Shown here piece after piece: positions 25,413 through 41,600 of a stretch of DNA of 64,000 nt (the first letter of the stretch is position 1; each line of letters opens with the position of its first letter). Origin of the DNA: Trichinella spiralis (taxonomy: Eukaryota); assembly GCF_000181795.1 (NCBI RefSeq), contig NW_003526948.1, positions 2,954,945 to 3,018,944 of the forward strand. The letters are read 5' to 3'. Both the position numbers and the translations under genes were made by a program. The notes under the pieces were generated by a model that was not told the origin of the DNA, did not search any database, and worked only from the letters and a program-made list of their open reading frames with translations.

Positions 25413-27640
25413 CGCTGGTTGAAATTACAATACCATTTACAGCCTTGCCCACCGCAGTTCATATAAAATTTGGAAATGACGATTCGACATTGTTCAACAA
25501 CGACTATGATGAATCAACACAAAATATATCCACTACCCACAAATCAGAAGAGACTCAGCATGATGAAAATTCACAAAACCCTACTAGTGTTAAGGAACCA
25601 ATCCCATCAATGGAACCAGGCAACAAAGAAGCAGAAAACAAAATGGAAATGGAAAACTCTGCTCCTGTTGAAAATGAATTTCTGCCGCCGTTGAATGCCA
25701 CCATTAAGGAAAATATTCCAAGTATTTCAACAACACAAATATCACAAAATGGAGAAACCAACATACAATTGCAACCTGAATCAATTCCAACAAAAGACGC
25801 TGATTCTGATAAACAATTTTCAGTAGCAGTCAACAAACAAATTATCACAACAATTGAAGAAATTTATGAGCATTTAAATGAAACCCACGTTGAAACGTTG
25901 CCTGAAGAAAATGCAAATCTGCCGAATGAAGAACAGCAAACGCAACAAGAAACATTCGCACCGATGAAGAATTATTTCATGAGAAACAAAAAATTATCCA
26001 AACCCATACTGTGGACGATAACCCACTTCAAGGTAATAATTATTATTATTTAAAAATGAATTTATCGTGTTACAAATATTTTGTATATAGAAGAAAAAGA
26101 AGAAAATATGACCAAAGAAACCACTAGAACGATAATTACCGAAACCACTGCACAACTGGAAAATGACATGCAATCTGATGAAGAAAAAGAAGCTATTTTG
26201 GAAGGTAATACACAAACAAATGCAACTTATGAATCTGAACAATTTTTCAATCTAACCGAATATGAAAAACCTACTGTTGTCCAAGGTAGGAATTACGTGA
26301 AAATTGAAGAAAAAAATTATTAATCTCAACACTGGTAACATTTAGATGTTACAAATATATCAGAACCAAGTAATGCAGAAAATGAACAACATATTCAAGA
26401 AAGCAATACAAAAATGACAAACATACCTGAAAGCACCTTGGTCGGTGTTACGGAAACAGTGGATGATGCTCAAATGACTGATGAATCGAACGAAAGCCCC
26501 ACTGATACTGCAACAATAGATGCGAATATTGTTCCTGCATCTACGGTGATTCAAACGGAAGCTACCATATCCAGTGCAGATGAAGCAATCGAAGACTTTA
26601 CGACCGAAAACGTGCTTGATTTGAACAACCAGCTAACAACATCCATTTTGGAGACGGCAAAGGAAGTTGCAGCATCAGAAAAACACGAAACAATTTCTCC
26701 AACGAATGCACCTGAAACAAATGTGAATATTCATAAAAATGCAACTGAATATTTGCCAGTTGAAACAGAAACGACAAAATCCACTGGCCACAACGGAATC
26801 TGGCCATTGGTAACATCGAATGGGATGATGCATTGACGGACAAATCATCATGGCAATTCAGAAAACTTAGTAATGAAATCCAATCCGGGGTATGTATGCA
26901 TTTCAAACAATTTACCATTTCCAAAATTCTTCTCCATTTTCTTCGTTCCAATATCTTTACAGTTGCTCAACGTACTGAATACAATCATTCCAGAAAAAGT
27001 TTCCGAAATCAAAGTGACAAATATTGAGTAAATATTGTTGGAAACGAATTCTGTTCTGTGCAAATTGCCATCTATCAAAACTATCAAAAAAAAATTTCTT
27101 CATTTTTTCATACAGTAAGATTGTTTTGACACTGTATAATAGTACCGTACTTTAGACCTGAACATCTCAACATCCAAGGTGATGCAGTATTTATAAATCG
27201 TACTGAACCTATTCTGTCATTGTTGGAAAAGTTTATTGCCAATTTGAAGAAAAATGGCAACCAAATTGGAGACTACTCTGTCGATCCGATGACAACTGCT
27301 TTCAACGTGTTTGTGATGGTGAGTTGAAAAATTTGCATAATTTCCTCAGGTGAGAAGATTTCGAGTGAGCTTCGTCAAGCGATGAGCGAATTCAAAGAGC
27401 CTGAAGAAAAGCCACTTTTGCCCACTTATGTTATTGTTATCATCGCCTATGTACTAGCAATCGCAGCACTGCTCACACTAGCTGTTCTAGTGGTAATTAA
27501 AATTATTCATCCACTCACTCGCTTCGTGGTAATATTGCTTATTTTGCATATTTCAAAAGCGTCATCGCTTCATTGTCGAAGTGGTTCGGAAGTGTTGAAC
27601 AAAAGTATCAAGAATGGAGGTGCCGTGAAAGCGTGGGCTG
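25413..27640 (+). pseudogene. Partial, disrupted duplicate of the SEA-domain mucin gene (copy of ~40967-44032)
   Basis: Near-identical to 40967-44032 including introns. Lacks the 5' exons and the 3' end. Carries 243-, 15-, 567- and 22-bp deletions, a 1-bp frameshift at ~25961, a lost splice donor (~27307) and an AG>AA acceptor change (27556). Confidence 0.9.
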
Positions 27641-29180
27641 TAAAGGCAATGCTGAAAATGCAGTGTGCATTCTGTTTAAGATTTTTTTGAACTCTTGGAA
27701 AACCATACATTTAACGGCTTTTCATTTCTACTCAGTCTGGAGCTGTTGTAATCTTCATTTGAAAGAAGTAATTAGTAAACAATAATATCAGCAGTGTGTT
27801 TTGCAATATAAACAATAATATAATATTATGAAAAGAAACAAAATATTTTTGGTTTTAAAGTCTTAATCCATGCAAACATATCTTTCATGCATGAATGTAA
27901 TAATAAATTATTCATAATACATTACCTTTAATAAAATAGATCTTTAACATTCGCCAATGCTTCAACTTCTTCAAAACTAATTCATAAGCTGCATCATTCT
28001 TTTTTTGATCAGTTTCTTTTTTCATAGGGAGAAATGAGCCTGAAACTTAATTTTGACCACGTTTCTGAATGAATGTATGCCTTACAGTACACTCATATGT
28101 AATGTGGAAGATCGATTTTTCATTTTTATTAAAATGTCAAGCGTTACTTCCATTTGCATAACTTTAATTTAACTCATTTTGAAATCTATATAAATACTCA
28201 ATTATTGTAATAAATTTTATTTTTAAGTTGTTTAACATTAAAAAATAAATTTTAATAAGTATTTTTTTATTCTAGTATTGTATATGTTTACTGTAAAATT
28301 TATCATTTTTAACATGAGAAAACCCACAACTCACTACAGGAACTTTTTTTATATCATTCTAGAAAAACGGTGAGCAAATTGTGTGAACTTTAGATATTAA
28401 AAAGAACAATTTGCGTAAAACTGCAATGTGGTAGAAGTTGTGTATCCAAGAAATGATTAAACATCATGCATCTATATATCTTAACGCCCATCGTGAAGAA
28501 AATTCGTAATGTTACTTTTCGTGACAAATTCGATCAATTCAACATATCGTTACACTTTTATAATCTTGAATTGTGTATTTCAATAGTTTAATAGTCGAAG
28601 GTGAGTTTTACAGAAGCACCAACAGTACCTTCGTACCAACAGTAAGGTAAATAAGGCATTTTTGATTAACAGGGTGTGTTATTTACAGTTGGTTAAAACT
28701 GGCGATAAATTTAAACAGAACATAAATATTTCCAATTTCGATCTTCAATTTTTGAAAATTTTATTGTAAATTTTTCAAAATTGAAGATTTATTCAAGTGA
28801 AAAAAAGAAGTTTTGTTTTGTTAATCCGTTGAAATTGTCGCCAAAGTTCCAGAAAGTTGAAAGAAAGAAAGAATTTTTGTTTGAAAACATCAAACCAGTT
28901 TCAAAACTTGAGAATAACATTTTACAATAATTACGCTCAACATGAATATTTGAATGACAACTGCAATGAAATGCAAAAAATTTTAAATTAATGCAAATAT
29001 TACAAATACTCGAAGAAGTTCAAATACGAAAAACAAATGTGAGTTTATCCAAAAAAAATTGAATCATGATTCAGTTTACAATCAAATACAATATGCAATA
29101 TAATAAATAATAAACAGGCAATCGGCTAAAAATTTTCTCGGAAAAATAACAAATGTCATTTTAACAAAAGTGCAAAGTCA

Positions 29181-31462
<2,282 letters not shown>

Positions 31463-34400
31463 CGAACAACAATCAGCTGCAATGTTCAGGTTTGAACATT
31501 CATTTCAGTTGCTTGTGTGGAGGGTGAAATTTTCATTTTATTTCACTTTCTTATTAAAAGCATCTTAATATTGTATGATGAACAACGAATGGTTTCGTGT
31601 ATAAAATGAACGCAAGAAGGCGTGACAAATTAACCTATGATCAACTGAGGCAATTGTGAAGGTGATATTCGAATCACCTCAACAGATCAATCAGTAGACC
31701 AACGATTAAAAGTTTTGCTTGATATTCAATGTTTAGGCGCTATTGAAAAACAAATGAATCCTTGCTCGCGGTCAATTAAACAGGATTTTCCGAAGCGCAA
31801 CTAATACAGCAGAAATCCACAATATGAATATTTCAATTACACACCTGCGTAGACAATTGAAGAAGCCGCTACAACATTCAACACTGCACCTGCTTTCTAA
31901 TTGGTCGAAACTTTTACAGTATTCAACCAAGAAACCTTAGATGAAATTTTTTCAAAGAGATAAAAAAAATTTTTTTTAATTCTTCCACTTGAAGAAGGTG
32001 CTGCTGCTGTTAACTGTGGACAAGTGATTTAGCAGTGGTTTATTTCCTTATCACCACGTGCTTTAGTGTTTTCAATAAATTTATTTCCTTTTTCGTTTTT
32101 CACCGCTTAGAATTCACACTTGGACTACACTCAAACGTGTGGATTATAATTTTATGGATTTCTTTAATATTGTTTTTTTTTAAAAAAAGTAAATTTATCC
32201 CATTTTCAACAATTCAGATACTGTTTTACATTATGGAGCTGCATTGATGAGGAAAACTGCTTTCCAACATGGAGAACTTTGGAAAATAAAAAAAATATTA
32301 TTTTATAAAAGATGGAATCATTCAAATTTATTGAATTAGCTTGATAATTTTCAATATTTATGTACAGAGTGAAGCACTAATCAGAATAATTATACGTCAA
32401 AAAACAGGAATGCACATACCCCGCGCATTTGAAAAAATGCAACACCGTTATAAGTATTTTAATAAACAAATAAGCTGTTTATTGAAAATAAATTCAACAT
32501 TTTCTCATCACGCTGTGTAACAGTAACCAAATATATGCTTTGAACAAAGTTTCACAAAACTGTTTAAATTAATTTAACATTCATCTTAGCTTTTTAAGTA
32601 GAAAACTACGATCTTAGCTATACTTTATGTAGCTAATTAAAATTTTCGAAATATGCTATTTGAAAACAACCACTCAATTTTATTCATAAAAATCTGAAAT
32701 CATGTACCAACCAAGAAAAAAATCTTTAATAATTTTTGTTTATTGAAAAATTAAAAAGCTTTATCTTCTATCAGCTTTAATATACAGCGTAGAAGCAAAA
32801 AGGCAATAGATTTTCCTGGTGATGTTGAAATAACTTAAAACAGTTGTTTTGTGTGGAACTTATTTATCAATGTTGTCAAGACAACTAAACACGGTCATTT
32901 TGCGAAGATAAGAAATTGCACAAATGAAAAATGCCAGTGAACAATATAATCTATCATAAAATAAATGAAATAAGCGCGTCAAACAATGTTCTGACTAATT
33001 CAATAGCACTGCATTGCGTTTGATAAGCAGCCAAAAAAGTCTTGCATACTACTTTAAAATCATGCATGCTTAGTCATTTTCAGAATTCAAATTGTTTCTA
33101 TAAAACTGTATGTTTCAAAAAAGTGAGTAGCTCTATTCCACTGAATGAACAGATCATAATTTATCAAGCAGCTCACGAAACTAAAAAATGGACAGTGTAA
33201 ATTTCCCAAGAACTCCCTGAAATGCGTTTCAATGCTCAAATTAAAAGCAAACTGCTACGTGGTCAAAATTGGAGTAAGAAAAGTCAAAATCAATAACGCT
33301 AATCAATCAATGATTGTACATTAAAAACAAAATATTTTCAATACAATGATTTGTTAAATCAGCAATTCAGCAGAAACAGTATGACAATTTTTCAAATATA
33401 TGTTTAATTAATTTTTTCTCAAGTCAAGTATTTTCATATTCCAAAATTAAATGACAACTTCCAAAAAAGAGAACAGATACAAAAATGCATAATGACAATC
33501 AAGATTGATAAGAATTAGCGGGTATTCAAAATTATAACAACAAAGGCTGACCATGAAGATTATTAATTGAATTTTAATAAGCAGTTAAATCAAATTTTTA
33601 TTACATTTTACACAGACACAATATTTATTTAAATACAATTTTATAGATAAAATGCATACCATTTGCACTGCATTTTAATTTGCATAATAGTTCAGAAAAT
33701 AAAAAATCCAAAAAGCATTTAACTTTTCATAAAGGTCAAACAAAATATACTTTTAATACTGTTCAAATTTCATATTTTCAAATTGCTAAACGGCAATGTT
33801 TAAAAATAAGTACAAACAGTCATAATTAAAATTACCACAATTCATTCATAGCTGCTGCTTATTTATCATACCTAATTCCTAGATAAAATACAAACAATGA
33901 AAAAGTATTCTATTATTATTATCATTATCCTTCGATTATATGTAAAAAATTTAACAGTTAACAAATAAAATTCTGCTTAATTATCAAATAAATTGCTAAT
34001 AAAAAAAACGGAAGCATTTTTAAAAAAATTTTTGCCTATTTTTGAGAAGAATACTAAACAACAATTGATGATTGAAAATATTGAGAATATCGTCGTATTT
34101 TACAAATTCATAACAACTGTTTCTGAAAATATTTTCATCTTACAGTGCTTGTACTTCATGTTTAATCTCGACAATTTCTCTACAGTAGTTATTTCAAAGT
34201 AAAATTATCCTACTAAAATTCAATAGATGAAGAAACGAAAAATCATTTTTGCTGCATATTAATAAACTGAACTAGATTAAAATTATGATAGATAGTGAAG
34301 CTTAAGTTTGAAAAATCAAACGAAACGGAGAACTTCAATGCAAATTTAACGCTTCGATAAAGTATATATTGTGTAAATAAAGGGCATTGACTTTGTAACG

Positions 34401-35640
34401 AGTTGTTATTGAATGAAGAGCTGTTTAGCTTCACTTTTGTGACGTAATATGTTTTGGAATTCATAAATATCTATTTTCCAATGCTAAAAGTTCCATATTT
34501 TTCAAAAATTAACCTTGAATAATGGAAAAAGAAACGGAAAGATTAATCATGCATCTTGATGACGTTTTCTAGAGTTTGGTTCAAATTTATTTGATAAAGT
34601 TATTGATATGGTCTTCTGTTGGAAATCTATTACAGTTCTATTTCAAGCAGGGATCATTATTTTTATTTCACTTTGCTCATTAAAATAGACTTGCCAGTTT
34701 AATGAAAAATACTACAAATTATCATCATTCAAATTTCAAAACATACAAACAGGAAAATTTTGTTGCCATTCAAAATAAAAGCCAATATGAAAATTTTTTA
34801 AATTTCTGATATCTGCTTTGCGTATGATTTAAATTGCACATTCTCTTTAAAGCATTAATAATACTTTATATTATATACATTTATTTATTTATATTTATTA
34901 ACCGTATCTTTGAAAAAATTTCAAACATTTGCATACGAGGTAGTGCAAAGTTGAAAATTAAATTTGGCTGAAATTTAAAGTCTGTTCAATTGAATTATTA
35001 ACAAAAACATGATCGAAATGAAGAAATAAAAGAAGTAATAAAAATGAAATAAAATTTCATCTAAAACCTTCATGAACATATATATGTATATACGCGTATG
35101 TGTGTGGGTGCTTAGTCACTTTAGCAGTTAGTCAGCTAGATCATGCACAGTGTTACTATGCCAATACTAAATAGAACAATGTACAACAAAGCAACTTTGT
35201 TTGGTTAATTTTAAAACTGTATATATTTTAATCGATAGAACGTTTTCAAGCTGAACTGTAAAATGAGTCGAATTTTGCCCACAAATGACTGCTCTGAGTG
35301 AGAGAGCGTGTGATTCTCGGTTGCTAGGATAAATAAAGCGAAACTACAAATTTTTCACTTGACAATTATTCGCTTGCAATTATTTGATCAACTGATTTGC
35401 AACACAACAAAATAAGCATGACAAGAAATTTTTTTCCCAAAACTGCCTACCGTACAATTAACACAAAACGACAGCCACCCCATCTGGTGGTAGAGGTTTC
35501 GATTTGACCTTAAATTCTGACAACCTATTTGATAGCGAGCTACGTTTTTGCCCAGTTTCATGTGGCATTTTTTATACTTGCTTGCCTGTGCAATACCCGT
35601 CTCCCCGATGGCTTCACCGTTGCCGTTGTTGAGAAATTTC

Positions 35641-38600
35641 ATGCTTCATAAAATGTTGATCATTTATGGATGTTTTACAGTTCTGCTTCTCAGCGGACAT
35701 GCGCATCCTTCGACAATTAACAAACACACCAATATAGGTAAGTTTTTTGCTTCCTTGTTTTGTCATGAAAACGTTCTCTCATTTAATCTACACTAAATGG
35801 CCTTGATGTTATTTCTCCAAAGTGAAGTTTTTCTTAAAGTTTCATTAATACACATATCTAAATAGTTAAGTGGGGGAAAAAACCAAAAAAATCAACGTTC
35901 AAAGGACAAACAAAAGAACAGGGAGAACCTTTCAGTTGATAGCTTGGAATTTTCCCTCATTTAAAACATCCTTCAAATGCTAACTTGGACAACGAATTAG
36001 TTGCAAAATTGTCGACAAAAGTTTTGCAAATTTTTTGCATACAGAGAAAGCATTTTTTGAAATTAACCAGAGCAAATGCAATTGCATTCATTTTTTTAAA
36101 AGTAAAAATTAATAATTTAATTAAATTATATCGTCATGCTATGCTGTCGATTATTCTATCATTAAATAGTTGTGCATTGCAAACGTTTTCCTGTTCGCAA
36201 AGTTGAATGTGCAATTATAATTTTATCGGCGAACTGCGCATTCACCATCGGCTAGTTTCACTCGTCAGATTCACTGAAAATCAATCAGCATGCAACAGTG
36301 CGTTTGCTAAAAAAAGCTTTTTTCTCATTTTTAAAAAAAGCACAGCTAACTGATACAAACAAAACAGTGGGACAGTATTTTTTTGCCTGTGAGGTAATGA
36401 ATGAAGCATGCCAAATTGAAAACGGAATTGACGGTTGACTTGTTCATATTATTCCCAACTGATCAGTGTTATTAATAATTTATCTTTCTTTCCTCCTTTT
36501 CTTTTCTATTCTTTATCAGATGTTCAGCTTTTGCACAACAATCGAACTAAAAATTATCATTCTCATTGCATATGCAAACCGTCCAGCGCATATTATCCAG
36601 CTTTCCATGCTAAACCATTGCAAAATCATCAATTGAAACTAGGAACAGATCAATGTTTCCCATTCCGTTTAGTTTAAAATTTTTAAATAACAAAAAACCA
36701 AACACTTCAATAATAGAATTGTTTGTCACAATGCCCTTTCAGAAATACTGCAACTTTGAGTCATGCAAAGCAGAATGTAAAATTGCATTTTACAATTCAT
36801 TGGACGTTCACAAATAAAAAATTGGCAACAGTTGATGCAGAAAAAAGCTTCTTCTCTTTCACGGATGTAGAAAAAGCTTCTATTTATTTATTCAGAAAAA
36901 AACTTCCCAATTGTCTCTCGCATAAAAGCAAAAATTCAAATCATTCCAAAAAAAGAAACACAAGCAATGAATAATCTGCTCCTTCTGACAAATGGAATGC
37001 TAAGTTACAGGCAAAGCGAAAATACCGTTTGTTGAAAGCCAACAAAAAAAACAATGATTTCAAACGTATTTCAACAGCATTTTGTTTGAATTCACACCAT
37101 TTGTTTCACAATACTTCGATTATATTAACATTTGCTAAATGTTCAAATATTTATATTTATGATGCAGTTTATTTATAAAATGATTTAAATGGAAAGTTGA
37201 AAATCATGGACAATTTGTAACTTCCTTTATGAAGTTTAATTTTAGATTTTATCACAAAGTAATATTATACAATGCCATGTAATTGATACAGCCGCACTGC
37301 ATTTGCTTTCAATGATGTACAAATTCATTTCTTTTAATGTACAAACTTCACACTGCCTATGGTTGTTTTCAAAAGTTTTAATCAGACAATATTTTCAAAT
37401 AAATGAATAATAGACTGAAAAAGATCTAGATGAACTGAAATTATTTCTCCATTTCTTCACAGATATAATATAAAATTTGCAAATGTGCGGATTCATTTAA
37501 TAATGGAAGTGCTAACTGGATTATAAAGTTTCCCAGAGCGGAGCATGTTATTTATTTTTCAATTTGAAATATGCTTATCTTCCTAAACCCATAATACAGT
37601 TAGATTTCAATAAATTAAAAAAATTTTCAGTTGCAATTAATATATATTATATATATAATTTATCAGTTTGCATTGCAGTTGAATAGCACAAATGAAAACG
37701 CTTGGACAAAGTGAGAAAACTGTATGTAGTGCCAATGCTTGAACAGTTGTCATCGATAAAACTAACCAAAGTAAGGAAACTGTAATGAAATGATGAAACT
37801 AATTAGAAGTTACAGGTATTCGATCAAAATAAATTCCCATCTTCTGATAAAAACACATAATATATACGCTAAACATTGATGCAGTGAACTGAAACTAAAA
37901 GTCAGAATCAAAAAAATTGCTCAATCTAGACAGTATCTTTCAAAATAGCTCAGATGAATGAATGGTTGTCAGGTTGAAGATTGATTCTAAATCAAAAAGT
38001 GAGCTGCTTTTCAAAGTGCTCGACAAAGTTTCACATTGGAATATCTGCTCAGTCAATTCTGAGACTGCAACAATGTTATTATTAATATGTCTTATAAATC
38101 TTTTGATTTTTTCTAAATTACAAGATATAAATAAATATACATGTATGTACTTTTGAGCGTGCATATGCAAAAAAACCAAAAAATAAATAAATAGGATGTA
38201 CATTTTTCCTTTTATATAAAATTCAGTTTTCAAGTAACCTTATACGATTGGGAAGAGCCGTAAAATGAGAAAAGCTTGAAAATTAATTCAAAAAGAACAA
38301 ACATCAAAATTGATTTAAGCTACAGTTCCTCTTTGTTCGAGTACATCTTTTTAAATTTGAAAGAAACTGTTTGCATTACAAGTGGGTTGAAAAATGCTTT
38401 TCGAATAAAATGCATTCATAAATTATTGTTGCAAAATGAAGAGTGCTCAAATTTCTCATTGTAATTTCAATAGAATTTAAACTGTTGACGTGATTCAAAA
38501 TGACAACCACTCCTGAAATAGACTCAAGTTTAAAATCACCTTAAGGAACGTGTCTCATGATAAAGTATTCTAGTTGATTACTTTTGAAATAATTTGCAAT

Positions 38601-41600
38601 TGTGCCGTTACTTTTAAAAAATATGATAAAATTTATCTTCAAGCCATTTTTTATTTATAGCAACAACAGTTCTATATTCGACCAATGACGACAATTTATA
38701 ATTAAGAACAATACGAGAGAGTTGTATATTTCGTTATGAAAAATTCACCACGTTTATTATTAGAAGTGTGCTGAAATGTAGCAGCTTCATCAGCAGGCAG
38801 TTTTAATGCTTTTCTTTTAAATTACTTTGCAAAAGCCAAATTTAAAAAGAAAAAACAAAAAACAAAGGCAAAAATAATGAATATCTTAATATTAAAGCAA
38901 TAATTTGTTGCTCATTGTATGTTGTTTGTGCAAAAATGGGCATCAATGAATAATGATTCACGGCTGCACGCAAAACGTCCTTTATTTTGTGAAGGTCACA
39001 TGTTTTTGAATACGTAAGCATTCCCTGGGGCCCCAAACACCGCTTCATTGACCTCGTTTGAAAACATCTGCTTTCCGCCGTATGCCAGCCAGAAGGAAGC
39101 TGGTGACGTGCTTTTTCCGTTTGGTTTTTCAAATGACAAGTCAGTTTACAAAATGATACAGAAAAGACCTTTAGTTCAGAGATAACACGCAAAACAAAGC
39201 TCATCAAATATGAAGCATTTTTCAACATATCAAAGTTATCCGGTTTCATACAATATACACAACATATATACACAATTTTAAACAGAACCGGCCAATTGCA
39301 TTTGGTAAAATTCACTGGTTGGGAAAAATAAATATAAAATGTAATATTAAAGAAACTGCTGACATGAATAATTACAAGAAAAAGTGAAACAGTTCCATTT
39401 GCCTGCATCTAACTGTATCTTGTTGTCAACTATTCGAGGAGTGCAAACTTCTTTGTCCGCTTTTAAAGATCGAGAAAAACCTGAATTAAATTCTCTTTTT
39501 CGAAAATTTAATATTGAACACCACCGATAGGATCGCCCCTTTACATATGCTCTAAATTTGAAAATACCCAAAGTGGAGAAATGATGTGAAAATTAGATTC
39601 TTCATCGCCACAGATTCTGCATAGATTAAATTACAAACTTTAGTAGCCACTGAAAGTTAACTTTCAACAACAGTACAAGGTCAGCAATTTAAAATATTAA
39701 ATTTCTGTTCAAATAAATTTTTGCAATAAATACTGCTTTATTGCAGTTTTGAATAATCGTTTCAATGTAATAAATTTCCAGAAACGTTTCAAGTCTCACG
39801 AGATCTGCATACAGTTGGACATGGTAAGATCGATGATACGAAAATTACAAATCAGCACGGTCTTACAAAGACAGCTACATCTGAACATGATCAATTGTAC
39901 ACAGCAGCTAAACAAGCCAGCGCTATCAAAAACGATCAACCTATTAGTGATCAAACAAACTGGATGAATTCGAAAGAAGATTTGGTAAAATTACTTTTCG
40001 ACAAATACAGTCGTGCTGCGGATGCGTTGAATCAGATCAATCAACAAAGACATACTACACCGTTGAGTCAAGAGGAAATGATACAGCTTGGTGAGACGTT
40101 CGAAGCCACATTGAATAATCTTCTTCAAAACGAAACTGCTCAGATTTTCCACGAACCAACAGAAAATAGCAAAGCTCCAATGCAAAATCTGGCAAACCTA
40201 TTTTTGCACGCCTACAATTCAGTGGTCGGCGGTAGGCCGTTGTCATTTTCAGAAAATTTCATATCTTCCAACATTGCAAATCAACTACTGAATATGCAGC
40301 CAGAATTGGAAATGTTTCGCTCGCAAAGTGACGCCAAACATACAGAACACCCAGTTGCAACTGAATTTCACAATGAACGTTCAAATTCAGCAAAACAACA
40401 TCAAGCACAAGAAATTAACGAACCTACCACCACAACTATACCTCAGTTCAATCAAGTGACCGTTAATTCAATTTTGAAATTGGAAACTGCCCAATCAAAT
40501 CACCAGGATCAAGACGATACGACTGATGATGACGAAAACAGTATATTTAACTTTAAAAAATAAACATAATTTTATTAAAATGAAAATTTCAGGAAAAATC
40601 ATAGAAGACAGTCCAAATTTGCATGAAATACTGCAACAGTTGGATGACCAAAGAAAAATTGAAAACATACACAACGGTATTTTTACCATTACAACTATCA
40701 CAGTAATTATAATAAGACAGTAAAAATTTTTCAGAACACCCGGTGCCAAATGACAATGAACAATCTGATGAAGATAATGAAGATTCGGTATCAAATAGCA
40801 ATGAAACAACAGCAGAGCCCACAATACAAAGTACAATTTTCAATGGTAATAATTAAATGCATATTCAAACAACACTTACGAAACATCATCCATTCTGAAT
40901 TTTTAGAGGACATTAAAACTGAAGACAAAAATTCAAACCCACCTCAACCTGCAATCAGTGAAATTTCGCTAGGTGAAATTAAAATACCATTTACAGCCTT
41001 GCCTACCGCAGTTCATATAAAATTTGGAAATGACGATTTGACATCGTTCAACAACGACTATGATGAATCAATACAAAATATATCCACTACCCACAAACCA
41101 GAAGAGACTCAGCATGATGAAAATTCACAAAACCCTACTAGTGCTATGGAACCAATCCCATCGATGGAACCAGGCAACAAAGAAGCAGAAAACAAAATGG
41201 AAATGGAAAACTCTGCTCCTGTTGAAAATGAATTTCTGCTGCCGTTGAATGCTACCATTAAGGAAAATATTCCAAGCATTTACGAACCAGAAGAGGAGCA
41301 AAAATCACATCCAGTGAACCCAAATATTGAGTCATTTTATTTTTCTGGGGAACATTTTGATAATGAACAACAATCACCACCACTTCCATCACCAAATGAC
41401 GATCAACGACAGAAACAAACGCCAATCGATGAAAATCATTTCAAAAATATACAAGATCATTTGGTTAAAGATGAAAATGAAAAAATAGAAAATGGATCAT
41501 CACATTTCCAAATACCATTTGAATCAACAACACAAATATCACAAAATGGAGAAACCAACATACAATTGCAACCTGAATCAATTCCAACAGAAGACAAATC

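Noticed and set aside
35320..35333. X-box (RFX/DAF-19)-like GTTGCTAGGATAAA upstream of the mucin gene
   Set aside because: Imperfect 3' half-site and spacer; a single degenerate match is not enough.
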